Both the position numbers and the translations under genes were made by a program. This document shows, in pieces, positions 24,760-39,150 of a DNA stretch of 64,000 nucleotides; positions within the stretch are counted from its first letter, which is position 1, and every line of letters begins with the position of its first letter. The notes below the pieces were generated by a model. The model ran no database searches, was not told the DNA's origin, and worked only from the letters and a program-made list of their open reading frames with translations. This stretch comes from Octopus vulgaris (lineage: Eukaryota), in assembly GCA_951406725.2 (NCBI GenBank), contig OX597828.1, positions 25,358,001 to 25,422,000 of the forward strand, written 5' to 3'.

Positions 24760-26050
24760 TATTATTCGCCAAGCAAGGACATTTCTTAAACTATTGAGTT
24801 TAGTTTCTAAACCATTGAATTAATTTATTAATCTATTAAATTCAAATAAAAGATCTCAGGGACTTCAAAGCTGACTTAATTAACCCGATTAAAAATGGTT
24901 ATATTTTAAATCGACACCAGCTCTTTCGTAAATGTCTCGAACAATTACATGACATCATCCAAAGAATGTCGTCCCAGTATATTCATTCTTGTTGGTAAAA
25001 CAAAGAACATACAACAGTTTCATACCCAACAGTATCATCAACATTTACAGGGAAAGCGAAGTAGCTAACTACATTGTTAAAAAGAGAAGAGAATGCGATT
25101 TGCCTTACCACGCACCTTCACACACTATATCCGGATCTTTTCGGTTTGAACGGCAGTTTTTTCTAGCGGTGTCATATGAAATTGTCACCCATAATTATGA
25201 CCCTAGAATCGATCTATTGCATTTCAATCTGTTTTGGGGTTAGGGTTAGGGTTAGGGGTGGGGGAAGGGTATCTTTTTTTCTTCACAAATGTAATTAAAC
25301 CCAATCTGTTTCTTAAACGAGGGACATATTCATACGGCACAGAATGCTTTTTAACTCAATAGACGTCAGTGATTGGTTGAAATTGCAGAAATTGAAGAAA
25401 AAAACAACAACAAATATCTTACAAACTATAGAATTTTTTCAATAAAGCCAAGAGAAAAAGATGTTTTATAAACACATTCTACCAGTATACGAAGTTTAAA
25501 ATTTTTTAGTTACTTAGAAATTATGTTAAAAACTACCGTTCAAGCCGAAAAGATCCCTATATCCACTTAAGGGCCACAAATCTGATTTCCTTAACAAGTA
25601 GTTCCGCGCTATTAAGAACAAAGCGACCTTCAGATTCACTCATATCAAGGAGGGGATCTGAAGGTTCTTGACATCGAAAGGTAAAGCACTTGGATTAGTG
25701 ATCTCAATATTAGAGCAGTCACGAACACTAGGGTCGAAATCATGGTGACACCTAATGAGTCATTAAATGTATATATCGGGAGTTTCGGTAGGGCTGAGGT
25801 TGCAGATCATGTTGGATTGTTTATCCTGGACACACTCGAGTAGCGCATAATCCCTCACAGCTCGGAGTTTTGTCAGAGACGAAAACCTAAGAAACCCAAG
25901 TAACATGAACGGTCACATCTTAGATGGATTTAGAAAGAGCTTCAAGAAGTTTGGCTTAAGCAAAAATACCAACCCCAGTCTAACTACAATCAAAGTCTTG
26001 GACATTACTTTAGACACACAAGCATTATTTGTAGAGAAAACCCAACAAGG
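24760..26050 (+). mobile_element. Highly decayed Penelope-like RT, split by a MITE
   Basis: LINPIKN (~24877) and GSFGRAEVADHVGLFILDTL...NGHILDGFRK (~25778-25940) match motifs of the PLE at 56470-58485. Confidence 0.5.
25133..25556. mobile_element. MITE with ~29-bp TIRs, 8-bp TSD and internal (TTAGGG)3
   Basis: ggatcttttcggtttgaacggcagttttt / aaaaactaccgttcaagccgaaaagatcc; TSD ctatatcc at 25125-25132 and 25557-25564. Confidence 0.9.
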
Positions 26051-26786
26051 AGCCCGTTTATAGTCATAGGAATTCCTAAGGCGGTAAGCTGGCAGAATCG
26101 TTAGTGTGACGGACAAAATGCATAGCGGCACTTCTTCCGGTTATTTACATTCTGAGTTAAAATTCTGCCAAGATCAGCTTTGCTTGTTATCCTTTTCCGG
26201 TCGATAAAACAAAGTACCAGTTAAATACTGGGGTCGATGTAATCGAATAACTTTGCCTCCCAAAATTGCTGACCTTCTGCCAAAATTTGAAATAATTATA
26301 TTCATAGGAATTCCAACCTTGTTCTAGATATAATTAGAAACTTAGGACTGTATTTGATGGTTTTAAAGAGTTATGAGTAGATTAAACGTATCCTAATTTC
26401 AGCAGCGTATAATCAACAAAAAAAAAAAGAAAGAGTAAAAAAAAAAAGAAAAAATTCTTAGCGCGTTAAAGATTTTGGGCAGAGGGGCAACTTTGCATGC
26501 AGAATCGGGTTAATATTCTGGGACATTTTCGGGAAAAATGTGCGTCGTATATACAATGAAATATGGTAGTTGGAATTAACCAAAAGAACCTCCAATTTAT
26601 CTTTCGATTGAAATTTCTTCAACAGAGTCGCACCCTGTTACAATGAGGAGATGACGAAGAGAGACCTTAGAAAGAAATTAATATAAAAGAAAGATTCCTA
26701 TCGACAAATAGACTGAAGAGAGTTTAATGACTTATGCCAGCAAAAGTAGCTAAAAGTGTATGTATGTGTGTGTGTGTGTGAGTGTG

Positions 26787-26825
<39 letters not shown>

Positions 26826-26837
26826 CGTAATATTACC

Positions 26838-26899
<62 letters not shown>

Positions 26900-27062
26900 C
26901 TCAGGTAATATTACCTGAATAGACATATATATATATATATATATTGTTATATTTCGGAATGGTCATTTTGCCAGTTTAGCCAATAAAAACACACGCACTA
27001 TATATTTGGTGTTACTTTGCTTCAGTGTTATTTATTTTTTACATTAATCTTAATCTTATTTC

Positions 27063-27107
27063 GGCCAGAGTTCTTTCGTCACACTCCTGTGACCGCATCA
27101 GTGGTCC
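27063..27107 (-). ncRNA. Hammerhead-like motif with a core substitution
   Basis: Minus strand: cca-CTGATGC-g-gtcaca(ggag)tgtgac-GAAA-gaac-TC-tgg. Confidence 0.5.
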
Positions 27108-27275
27108 TTTGTTTTGATGGCTTTAAAGAGTCATGAGTAGATTAAACGTATCCTAATTTCAGCAGCGTATAATCACTTATTGGCTAAACTGGCAAAATGA
27201 CCATTCCGAAATATAACAATATCTGTTTCAACACACGACTTCACATAAAAAATCTTGCACAACAAATATTTAAAC

Positions 27276-27329
<54 letters not shown>

Positions 27330-27749
27330 GGAGTTAAAAGGAATAAAATGGTGTCAAACAATGTAATCTTCTCTTCAGGAAAATGAAGAAATGAAACTCG
27401 TCAATAAGACATTTTAACAGAAAATGATGGATATGTATAGTAATTAACTGAACGCTATTAAGTTTGTTTAAAAAAAACGTTAGAGGATATAACGTCAAAT
27501 GTAGCCTATAGAAAGAGGAGGGGTAAAGGAAAGAAAAAAAAACAAATAAATGAGAAGTATATAACGATATGTATATTAAATAAAACCCTATAGTCTTGGA
27601 AAAAGATAAATCAAGTGAATGTGAAATGTAAGAAGAAAATTAATGTTTAAATTATATATAATGATAGATATCACTTATATAAACTAAATGTGTGTTTCTG
27701 CCATTGTTTACATCGGTATGCACGCTCTATAACCGTGTTTACAAGGGGA

Positions 27750-28250
27750 TTTTTAGAAAAAAAAGTTCAGAATTACAGAGAGGACAGAATTCCTTGCTTT
27801 CATCATAAGGTATCGAAATTGAGAGAATTAACCAATCTCAATGAAATTGTTTATTGTGTTATTTTAGATACCAAATTAATTTACTAAGCCCTGTACTGTT
27901 ACGTTTATTTCTATCCCTAGATGTAGAGCAAAGATTACAAATTCTTTTAGATAAATGAGAAGATGAGTTGCCTATATAAAAATACTTCATTACCAGAAGT
28001 AATTTTACACTGGTATATAGAATTTTTAATTTTAGAGTTATTTGACATAAACTTGATTCTGTTGTAATTGAGACTACAGATACAATAACCTTGTTACTAA
28101 TATTTCTAGGGGGATGGATGGTATTAGCTAAATTAATGTTAGTTTTAGTAAATGTATTATTATTTAACAGGCTAATATTATGTGAAGAGATAATTTGTAG
28201 GAGATTTTTTGTGTTGGAAAAGCCAATCCTAACCGTGTGTGAGTTGATAA
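27750..28250 (-). mobile_element. Penelope-like GIY-YIG endonuclease remnant
   Basis: IYQCKITSGNEVF/FYIGNSSSHLSKRICN...NSTGLSKLIWYLK with a frameshift and a stop. Confidence 0.7.
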
Positions 28251-28309
28251 TAGATAATAGAGTATGCCTGTATATATATATATATATTGTTTGGATTAAC
28301 TATATATAT

Positions 28310-28498
28310 ATATATATAACTCTGAGTTTCTTATTTCTCTTACCTCAGATGCCGAAGAGGAAATCCACAACACCATCCGAAACTCAGAGTTTTATCTTGG
28401 CTATAGAATAATGGTAACATATTAATTTACAGATAAATTTCCTCTATTTACATAATATTGAGGTCTCTTTCTTTCTTTTGTTATCTTACCGTTTTTAG

Positions 28499-28500
<2 letters not shown>
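28310..28500 (+). mobile_element. PLE-type terminal cassette with decayed hammerhead; paralog of ~18800-18960
   Basis: CCGAAGA-gga..tcc-GAAA-ctcagag-TT-ttatc; downstream tttacagataa.ttcctctatttacataat shared with the minus-strand copy. Confidence 0.6.
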
Positions 28501-28535
<35 letters not shown>

Positions 28536-28719
28536 GAATCTCTCTCTCAGTGATTCTCTCCCACTGAGGAAAGTTTCTTCCCCTCTTCAATTTCTTACTA
28601 GACCTTATTTCTCTTTGCCTCTTAAGCTGAAAACAACCAGAAATAGCGACACCAACAACGGCAGTTACTAGTCAAATTTCAAACGTGTGTGTGTGTGTGT
28701 ATAGACAGTTATATAGAGA

Positions 28720-29040
28720 GAAAGAGAGTGAGAGAGAGTGTCAAAGAGAGAGAGTGAAAGAGAGTGTCAAAGAGAAAGAGAGAGAGTGAAAGAGAGTGTC
28801 AAAGAGAGAGAGAGAGAGTGAAAGAGAGTGTCAAAGAGAAAGAGAGAGAGTGAAAGAGAGTGTCAAAGGGAAAGAGAGTGAAAGAGAGTGTCAAAGAGAA
28901 AGAGAGAGAGAGTGTCAAAGAGAGAGAATGTCAAAGAGAGAGAGAGTGTCAAAGAGAAAGAGAGAGTGAGTGAAAGAGAGTGTCAAAGAGAAAGAGAGAG
29001 AGAGTGAAAGAGAGTGTCAAAGAGAAAGAGAGAGAGGGAG
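28720..29040. repeat. (GA)-derived minisatellite, unit about gagagtgtcaaagagaaagagagagagtgaaa
   Basis: Ten gtgtcaaag-type anchors. Confidence 0.9.
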
Positions 29041-29427
29041 TGTGTGAGGGAGAAAGAGAAGTACTGATAATAAAGGGATCTTGCAAGGAAGATCGCAACC
29101 CTAAGCCTATCCGCTAGATAATCCGCAAAGCATGAGGAGGAGATTTGCAGCCGGTTTTCGGGGCAGATTTTAAATTGGCGAACGCTTGGTTTGCTTGTCT
29201 TAGACACAGTTATGTCAACACATGGAGATATTCAACCAATGGCTGTGTTCCGTCTGCAAGGTTTGTTACTAAGGAGATGAATATTTGATAGACAAGTCTT
29301 CACCCATAAGCTTGTGGCGTCACCTGGCGGTGTTCGCCATTTAATCCGCTGCCAACAGCAGAATAACAACGAACGGACGCACGGGAATTTTGTGACTGCA
29401 CTCTGCTTGCATATCACTAAATAACAT

Positions 29428-29458
<31 letters not shown>

Positions 29459-29562
29459 CACACACACGCACGCGCACACACACAAATACATCAATATACG
29501 GATACACCAGCTAGATGTATGTTCATGTGTGTGAGAATCCGAGTACATACACGCACACAGAC

Positions 29563-29606
<44 letters not shown>

Positions 29607-29694
29607 GCATACGTGTGTGTAAATGTATGTGTGAGTATGCATGTTTGTATACATTCATACACACAAGTGGCTGCTATTAGAGGGACAGATAAAC

Positions 29695-30036
<342 letters not shown>

Positions 30037-30837
30037 GAGTGAGATAGCAATTTCGTGTTCAAGATGGCCGCCCAAACTTTATTAGCTTTAGGTGCTTTAG
30101 GTGTGAACAATTATTCGCATGTGAACGCTTCTGCATGTCTGTGAATACACAGACTTTGTAGTTCCTGGGTTGTTTGTGTTTCTCCCTCTCTTTTTTTTTT
30201 GGTATATGTGTGCCTACGTGCGTATGTGTGTGTGTGTGCATGCGCATGTATGTGCGTACGTGTGTGTGTATACATTTGTATGCATAGCTCTGTATGCGTG
30301 TGTCTGACTACGTGCACCTTATTAAGTATGCCGATATATGAGTGTGTATGCAAATGAGTCTTTGCATGTGCCAACATCTCTGTTCTATGGAGATATGCGC
30401 TCAGTTTATATACATACGCATATCCGGTATGCGAATGCACATAGATACAATGTATTCCAAGGTATGCGTATACTCTGATTATTTGCGTGCGTGTATCGAA
30501 GCGTTTGTATGAAGTAGACAGAAGGAGACAAACAAACAGACGCGCGCGCGCGTATAATTACATACATACATGTGTACATGTGTATGAATACATACATGTT
30601 CTTCTTAATCTCTATCTCCCTCCTTCCCCGTTCTCTCTTCATACATACATAGTTTGTGTAGTTTTATATCCCGATCCATGCATACACATCTGTATGCACA
30701 GACGCACACACACACACGCACACACACTCACATGTATATATGTGTATGTAATGACTTACTACGCATGTTCTTTCATGTTGTACATTATTTACATGTTGCA
30801 TTCATATGTGCATGTAGTCAACACAGTGTTGTTGTCT

Positions 30838-31133
30838 GTTCCTTCTCGAGCCATGCCTGGCTCATAAGGGCCGGTTTCCCGGTTTCTTGGCGTATAGGTT
30901 CCCCAGCTGGACGGGACACCGGTCCATCGCAGGTGAGCTGCAAGATGCAGGAGGAAAAAGTGAGAGAAAGTTGTGGCGAAAGAGTCAGCAGAAGTTTCGC
31001 CATTAGCTTCTGCCGGAGCCGCGTGGAGCTTAGTGTTTCGCTCATAAACACACGCATCGTCCGGTCTGAGATTCGAAGCCGTGATCCTTCGACCGCGAGT
31101 CCGCTGCGCTAACCACTAGGCCATGTGCCTCCA
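30838..31133 (-). mobile_element. SINE family C with a second tail type (V-domain-like motif)
   Basis: C-type head; tail contains cctgcgatggaccggtgtcccgtccag on the minus strand. Confidence 0.75.
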
Positions 31134-31559
31134 CGTCAACACAGTGTGGTCACTAATAGGCTTAAAGACGTCCGAATGACATGGAAACGAGGGTTACACT
31201 GCTGTAAGTGGGCAATGTTTTCTGCTCTCTTTTGTATAAGTCGAAGTCTCTTGGTTACTGGAGGTAAGCTCGGACAACTATTAAGCCAGAGACGCGTGTC
31301 CACGTCTGTAGTCTTTTCTCCAGACAATAACGCTATCCTTTTCCTTAATAGCAGAGGATTTTTGATTTTTGAGATCATTCCCTCCCCACTCCCACTTGTC
31401 ATAGGAAGCTAGTCTTAATTGCCATTTAGTAAATATGATACATCCTCTTGAGGCGGAGAAAATTTTAATAAATCAAGAATTTTTTGTTGTGCGTTATTCG
31501 TGTATTTGTCTGTTCTCTAAATGCATGCCACTGGCTTATTTCTCTTACCTCAGACTTGC

Positions 31560-32003
<444 letters not shown>

Positions 32004-32009
32004 AAATTA

Positions 32010-32410
32010 ATAAATAAAATAAAACATATGCATATATACATACATATATGTACGTACCTACCTCTACATGTATATATACATGCATATATGGGTACAGGAC
32101 ACAAAAAAAGCGTCGATCACAACGAGAAACGAAAACATAAACACAAAACCAAGGAAATGGACATTTTTCTTAAACAACGAAAAAATAGAGTACAGGACAT
32201 ACAATACAAGCAAAATTCCCTTTCTGCAGTGGCCTTTGTTTCATCTACTCCGCGTTTCGAAGGTCAAGGCGAGACACGACTTTCATGAAACATTCCTTCA
32301 CGCGAAAAGCAAATTAAATATAATTTGAGATTTTTTTGCGGAGGGGTAAAAATGGTAACAAAAACAGGACAGTAAAGACAGTACAAAATATAAACAGTAA
32401 AGGACAGGAC
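32010..32410. mobile_element. Dispersed repeat adjoining (TA)n; also at 21270-21440
   Basis: Shared cctacctctacatgtatatatac...tacaggacac...gagaaacgaaaacata. Confidence 0.6.
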
Positions 32411-32652
32411 AAGGAGAATAACAGTAACACAAACATTGAGAGCTGTTAAGCCAGAACGAAAGAAAAAATATTATGAACGCTTTTGAGGAAGGCAAGAGAG
32501 AGACAGGAAAGCCATCCACACCTGAAAGAAGCCAGGTCAGAAAGACAGTAGCAGAGCTCTCGTCGCGGGTCAACGACGGGAGGGAGGAGGAGGAGCAAAA
32601 GAAAGGGAGAGAAAAAAGGGAATGGTTGTAGAGAAAACTAGAAAGAATGAAG

Positions 32653-32731
<79 letters not shown>

Positions 32732-32889
32732 CAGTAAGGTAGAAGAAAAGGAAACCCGAAAGAATGAAGGCTGAGAAAGGGAGTGGAACAGAAAGGTTAA
32801 GAGTGCGCATCATTATTAATATTAAGAACAATCTTTCTTAGAAATGGATGCGTGCGTTCCGTCTCCTTCCCTCTTTCCAAGTGCACTTT

Positions 32890-33548
32890 ACCAGGATGGC
32901 AACAAAGTGCAGATGACTGGCTGGCTGGATCCTGAGAACATTTAGAACCAGAGATAAGGAAGCTGTGGTGGTCCTCTGGAGGACATTCGTCCTCAGCCGC
33001 CAGGATTACTGCTCACAGCTATGGTTACCCACCAGTGTGAAATTAACAGCGGACTTTGAAGCAATCCAGAGAAGATTCACACAGAAGATCGTCTCTTTGC
33101 AACAGCTCAGCTACTGAGAAAGGTTGAAACAGCTAAGACTATACTCCTTGGAGAGAAGACGGGAGAGGTATGCAGTAATATATATCTGGAAGATCCTGGA
33201 AGGAATTGTGCCAAATTTTGGGATTGAAAGCTACACCAATGCCAGAACGGGCCATCGCGCTTCAGGACCAGTTACTGCAGCAGCCCGAGTTTCAGGGGCC
33301 CACAGCATTTTAATATTCTCCCAAAGAGCCCGAGGAACCTGCACAAAGTAGATGTAGGTGTTTTTAAATCAAAGCTGGACCTCTTCCTGTCGAGAGTCCC
33401 ATATAAACCTACCTCACGACAAGAGGTACAAATGAGGGGAGCTACATCAAACTCCATTCTTCACCAAGTGCTACATTTTGGAGGAGGCTCTCAGTAATAA
33501 AACGGCGGTGCATCAGCATTGCCGCAGTTCTGAGCTGAAACTACAGCA
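32890..33548 (+). mobile_element. CR1-group LINE 3' portion
   Basis: LKQLRLYSLERRRERYAVIYIWKILEGIVPNFGI, then the family tail. Confidence 0.85.
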
Positions 33549-33549
33549 A

Positions 33550-33613
<64 letters not shown>

Positions 33614-34158
33614 TAGAAAAAAATAAGGTACTCAGAAATCTGGATCGTTGTACATTTACAGATTTTTATTAATATGTCTCATGTTTTTATAAATCATATA
33701 TTAGCGCTTGCATCTACTCTAGTAGATTTTTCATATTTGAATTTTTGGAGGGGATTCGTCTCTTTTTATAGTATTACTGAGTGTGTAGGGGTGGAGAGAG
33801 ATATAGAATAGTAAAAGAGGGTGAGGAATGGGGAAAAAGCGAGAGAGAGTGTGTATTTGTGTGTGTATGTGTGTGAGTGCCTGTGTATCCAAAAGGAGCG
33901 TCAATGGAAAAGAGAAGGAAAGAAAGAAGGCAGAGAGACAGAAGAAAAAATGTGTTTACATCTATACAGCTGTTCAGTTCTTTCAATACAAGATGACAAG
34001 TTGGTTAATAAAAGTTATTTTTCAAAAAATTGTCTGGATTTATTATCATCATCAACATTCTTGTCCAATGTTTGATTCTCGTGCTGGAATGTGTTGGAAA
34101 ATCGGGATGTAAAATTGTTTGTATTTATGTACATGCACATATGTATAGTACTGCGCGC

Positions 34159-34189
<31 letters not shown>

Positions 34190-34319
34190 TTTAATACAAA
34201 ATTACAGTTTACTTAACAAAATTTGTCCTTCATCCAGTACAAATCGTTACTCGTGTGAATATATGTATGTATGTATTTGTGAGTGTATATATATACACAC
34301 ACACACATACACACACACA

Positions 34320-34355
<36 letters not shown>

Positions 34356-34790
34356 TGTATGTATGTATGTACATATACCTAATGTATACATATATGTATA
34401 TTTGTGTGCCTGTACGGATATGTATCAAAGCTACATGTATATATATTACAAGGTGAGACATTTAGGAGAATCGGAATGGAGTAGCTAAAACCACGTTTCT
34501 ATCTTTCTGACTGTCATTCGATCCAGTTGTCTGTCTGTTTGTCTGACTGTCTGCTCATCAGTTTATTCCATCGTTGTCCGTCCAAAAGTTCACTTCAACA
34601 GCTGTGTCTCTCCTCACTGTAATCCGGTTAAGAACATTTAGCTTTATCCTGTAATCCTTCACCGTCTCTTTCAGGAAACCAAGGAGGCAGTTTGGACGGG
34701 ATATCATATTTATCGCATGGTGTATATATTTTCAGAAATGTTGTGCATATACATTGCGTGTTTGCTTCCCAAAATTACACACACACACAC

Positions 34791-34827
<37 letters not shown>

Positions 34828-34999
34828 AATATATATATACAAATACATACTGACATGCATGCATATGTGTGTATATGTATGTGTGTACATATGCATGTAT
34901 GTCAGTGTGTATTTGTATATATACATACACACACATACATATGTATATATATGTATGTATTTGCATATATGTGTGCATGTGCTTGTTTATTTTCTTTTG

Positions 35000-35041
<42 letters not shown>

Positions 35042-35289
35042 CATACATACATACAAGCTCACAAACTCGTACTCATACACAGGCAAACACACACACACAA
35101 ACACATACACACGCAAACATATCAAATATATTTTGGGTGTCGTCTGAAGAAAGAATTTATAGACATTAACAAAGCTTCTAGGTTGGAAGTTGGCTTCTGC
35201 AGGGATAAAAAACTAAAAGAAAGAAAGAAAGAACAAAAACATTAAAAAACCCAAGGAAATTCTAGCAGGCGCATGTCTTGAGGATGATG

Positions 35290-36205
35290 CATTCTGAGTA
35301 GAAGCATTTGTGTAGCACGTTGAAATTTACAAAGGAGACGAGCAATACAATATTACCATTTCTCGACATCATGGTAATTAAAAATGACATCACCAACGCC
35401 AGTGATATATATTATAAATACACAGATGCACATCGGCCCCTGAACTTTAGATCATGCAGCCCAATTCATGCCATACAGAATATCCCACACTGTCTAAACA
35501 GGACATTTTGTACTATTTATAATGATGTAGATACTAGAGACAAACGTTTCACTGAACTCAAAGGATTTCTATTCAAACAAAAATATCCATCCCTGCTTAT
35601 AGAAAATGGTATACAGCATGCAAAACAAATACTTATAAAACAAATTAGACTAACCCAAAAAGAGGAACACAAATACAGAACATCATACAATTTAAAGTGA
35701 CACAATCCATGTCACCAAAATATCTTGTCGTCGTCAAATCTTGCATACCATCGGTCAAAGTTACGAACTTTAATTACTTTAATTACTGATCGAAAACCTG
35801 TTCAAAGTAAAGAGCAACCAAAAATCATGAAGGAATTATTGACAAAAGCAGAGTTCGACCTAAACAACAATGATAAAACATTCATAATATCCAAGTGCAA
35901 TGGCAGTCAATCTATGCATAGCGGTCAGTATATTAGCATAAGACGGGAAGAATATTTACAAACGCAAATATGAACAGTAAAATCAGGAATGTGATCTACT
36001 GCAGCGAATGCACAAATTCTGAGTAGATATATATATTGGCCAGACAGGAGCGAATGCACAAATTCTGAGTAGATATATATTGGCCAGACAGGAGCGAATG
36101 CACAAATTCTGAGTAGATATATATTGGCCAGACAGGAAACTCATTTTCAGAAAGTTCATGAGTACATCAACAGCAAATTAGAGGACCTAATGCTCGCCAA
36201 ATATC
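35290..36205 (+). mobile_element. Decayed Penelope-like element (RT thumb + GIY-YIG)
   Basis: LKFTKE..ILPFLDI..DIYYKYTD..LNFRSCSP..KQKYP; NVIY...YIGQTG. Confidence 0.8.
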
Positions 36206-36214
36206 TCCTGCCAA

Positions 36215-36612
36215 CCAATTTTGCTTGAAGAATTGCGAATGAAAAGAGTTGCAGCAAAATTTGTTCTTCACTTGGTCACGGAAGATCAAAAACAGTCACG
36301 ACTGAATGCGTGTCGCGAACTGAAAGAACAGTTGGAAGTTGATCTGGACCTTTTTTCTTTTGAAGGTCATCACTGGTGGCAAAAGCAGTTGCTATGGAAT
36401 TTGCAGATGTAGAAGAGGTGAAGAAAACATGACAGAGACATTGCAAGCATCATTTCGCAAGAGTCCTAGCACTGCTTCGAATAATGGAAAATGTGTCTGA
36501 ACCAATGCGTTGCTTGAAGTGGTGAATACTTTGAAGGTGGTAAAAGTGTAAACAGGTAAAACTAAGTGAATGAAATAATATTGCAAAATTCCGGTTTCTT
36601 TTCGGTACCCCA
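36215..36612 (+). mobile_element. Mariner transposase remnant
   Basis: LRMKRVAAKFVLHLVTEDQKQSRLNACREL (WVPHxL-type motif) followed by C-terminal remnants. Confidence 0.75.
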
Positions 36613-36722
36613 TCGTACTCTCTCTATGCACAAGATACAATCTACATAGCATTAGACCTTCGTGCCCGTTACTTTATCTCGTCATCTACCACAAAGAGAA
36701 AGAGGGAGAGAGAGAAACAGAG

Positions 36723-36773
<51 letters not shown>

Positions 36774-37154
36774 TAGATAGATAGATAGATAGATAGAAAT
36801 ATTCTATCAAACATCTATTCAAACACCTGATCATCACCATCATTGCTAGCAATTGTAACATCACTACCAAGTTCACTGCCACCGTTATGATCTTCATGAT
36901 GATGATGATCATCATCATCATCATAAACAGCACCACACACCACCACCACCACCACCACCACCACCACCACCACCACCACTTTGGTCAACAGCTGTTTGCT
37001 TCTTGCATCCTTATGTAAGATTTCGGAATGGTATTCCAAGAAGGAACAAAGCAAAACTGGATTATTAAGACTTAAACGATGACATATTTACAGCAGATGA
37101 AGTAGTTGCACACTTCAGTGTCGAGGCTGTTCACTGCCCTTGTATTTACAATAG

Positions 37155-37720
37155 TATACACACACACACACACACACACTCGCGCGCGCGCGCGCATACA
37201 TACATACATAATACACACATACATACATGCATACATACATACACATTCATACACACACACATTCATACACACATACATACATACATACATACATACAAAC
37301 ATACATACATACATACACACACATACATACATACACAGCCACATACATACAAACATACATACATACATACATACATACAAATATACATACATACATACAC
37401 ACATACACACACATACATACACACATACACAAACATACACACACACATACACACACACACACACACACATACATACACACATACATACATACATACACAC
37501 ATACATACACACATACATACACACATACACACACACATACACACACACACACACACACACATACACACACACATACACACACACACATACACATACATAC
37601 ACACATACATACACACATACACAGCCACATACATACACACACACACATACACACATACATACACACATACACACATACATACACACATACATACACACAT
37701 ACATACACACATACATACGA
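37155..37720. repeat. (CA)/(CATA) compound microsatellite
   Basis: Direct reading. Confidence 0.95.
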
Positions 37721-37842
37721 GCATGTGTGTTTCTCTCTGTAAATGTATGTGTGTGTATAGTTTCAGTGTGCGTGCGTGTTTGTGTGTATTATGTATATAC
37801 GCAGATATGTTAAAATATTCATGTGTGTGTGAGTGTGTGTGC

Positions 37843-37956
<114 letters not shown>

Positions 37957-37972
37957 ACACACACATGCATAA

Positions 37973-38170
37973 TAAAGCGGGTAGCCACATCAAAGTGGAA
38001 GATGAATGTTACTACTAGTTTAACCCTAGGCGGATTCTCCATCAGCTGATTTTCGGTGCAAGGTCTGCAAGGGTGCAGAGCTTGCACCGAAAACCAGCTG
38101 GTGGAGAATCCGTCTGGGGTTAAACCAGTAGTAACATTCAACAGTCACTTTGTTGTGGCCACTGGCTTTA
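37973..38170. repeat. 198-bp imperfect palindrome with a 4-nt loop
   Basis: Arms pair from taaagc/gcttta inward to tctgca-aggg-tgcaga. Confidence 0.9.
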
Positions 38171-38368
38171 CTGTTTAGTATACATTACTATTCCATCTCC
38201 TCTTGAGATTTTATAACTTGCTATTTTGCTCATACATACATACATACATACATACATACATACATACATACATACATACATACATACATACATACATGTG
38301 ACCGTGTGTGTACCGTTGGCGATTTTTTTCCTCCGTTTTCCCTTCCTTGGCTCTTTCCTTTTCCTATG

Positions 38369-38401
38369 TTTCTGACGAAGAGCTCCGCTCGAAACGTTAA
38401 A
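38369..38401 (+). ncRNA. Minimal hammerhead-like motif in a PLE-type cassette (38296-38505)
   Basis: ttt-CTGACGA-a-gagc(tcc)gctc-GAAA-cgt-TA-aa. Confidence 0.6.
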
Positions 38402-38500
38402 TCCTCTTTTCTTCTTTCCTTTCCTGAGCGTCCAATAACACTATACTTGTTCAACGACCCCGCGTTGTTGTGTTTTCTCTTTGTGTTTTCATGTTTGGAT

Positions 38501-38539
<39 letters not shown>

Positions 38540-38689
38540 ACATTCGGAACAAGGGACAGGAAACTATACTGTTTCTATGGAGGACTACTGCTCTCAACTG
38601 TTGTCACCTTACAGTGTCAGATTAATAGTAGAACTTGAGGAAGTTCGACGGTGCTACATTGGGAAGATTGCATCAGTTGAACAGCTGAG

Positions 38690-39150
38690 CTACTGATAGA
38701 GACTGAAAGACCTATGACTCTACTCTCTGGAGCAGAGACGGGAGAGATATGCAGTAATATACGTATGGAAAATTCTGGAGGGGCTGGCCCCAAACTTTGG
38801 TATCGAGAGCTACACCAGCTCCCAAACTGGACGTTCCTGCACTGTTCCAAAGGTTTCAGCTACCCCATCCAGAAGGAGGAGCATGTACTGCAATGGCTTT
38901 GGATTCAAAAGCTCGCAGCTATTTAACGCCTTGCCAAAACATCTGAGGGATCTTCGTGGAGTAGTGGTAAATGTTTTGAAGAAACAACTTGACCCCTTGC
39001 TGTCCAAAGTCCCAACTGAATCATTATCAAAGCAGGAAGTTCAAAAGAGCGCAGTAGTGTCAAACTAACCTCTTTCACCAAATGCCAACCACATAATGTT
39101 GGCCACTGAGAGGGTGATTACCCAGGGGGTGCTCCAGCATGGCCACAGTT
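38690..39150 (+). mobile_element. CR1-group LINE 3' end, diverged
   Basis: SSQLFNALPKHLRDLRGVVVNVLKKQLDPLLSKVP; tail ggtgctccagcatggccacag. Confidence 0.8.

Noticed and set aside
34480-34565. CTGATGA...GAAA on the minus strand
   Set aside because: Stem II does not close and stem I has only about 2 bp
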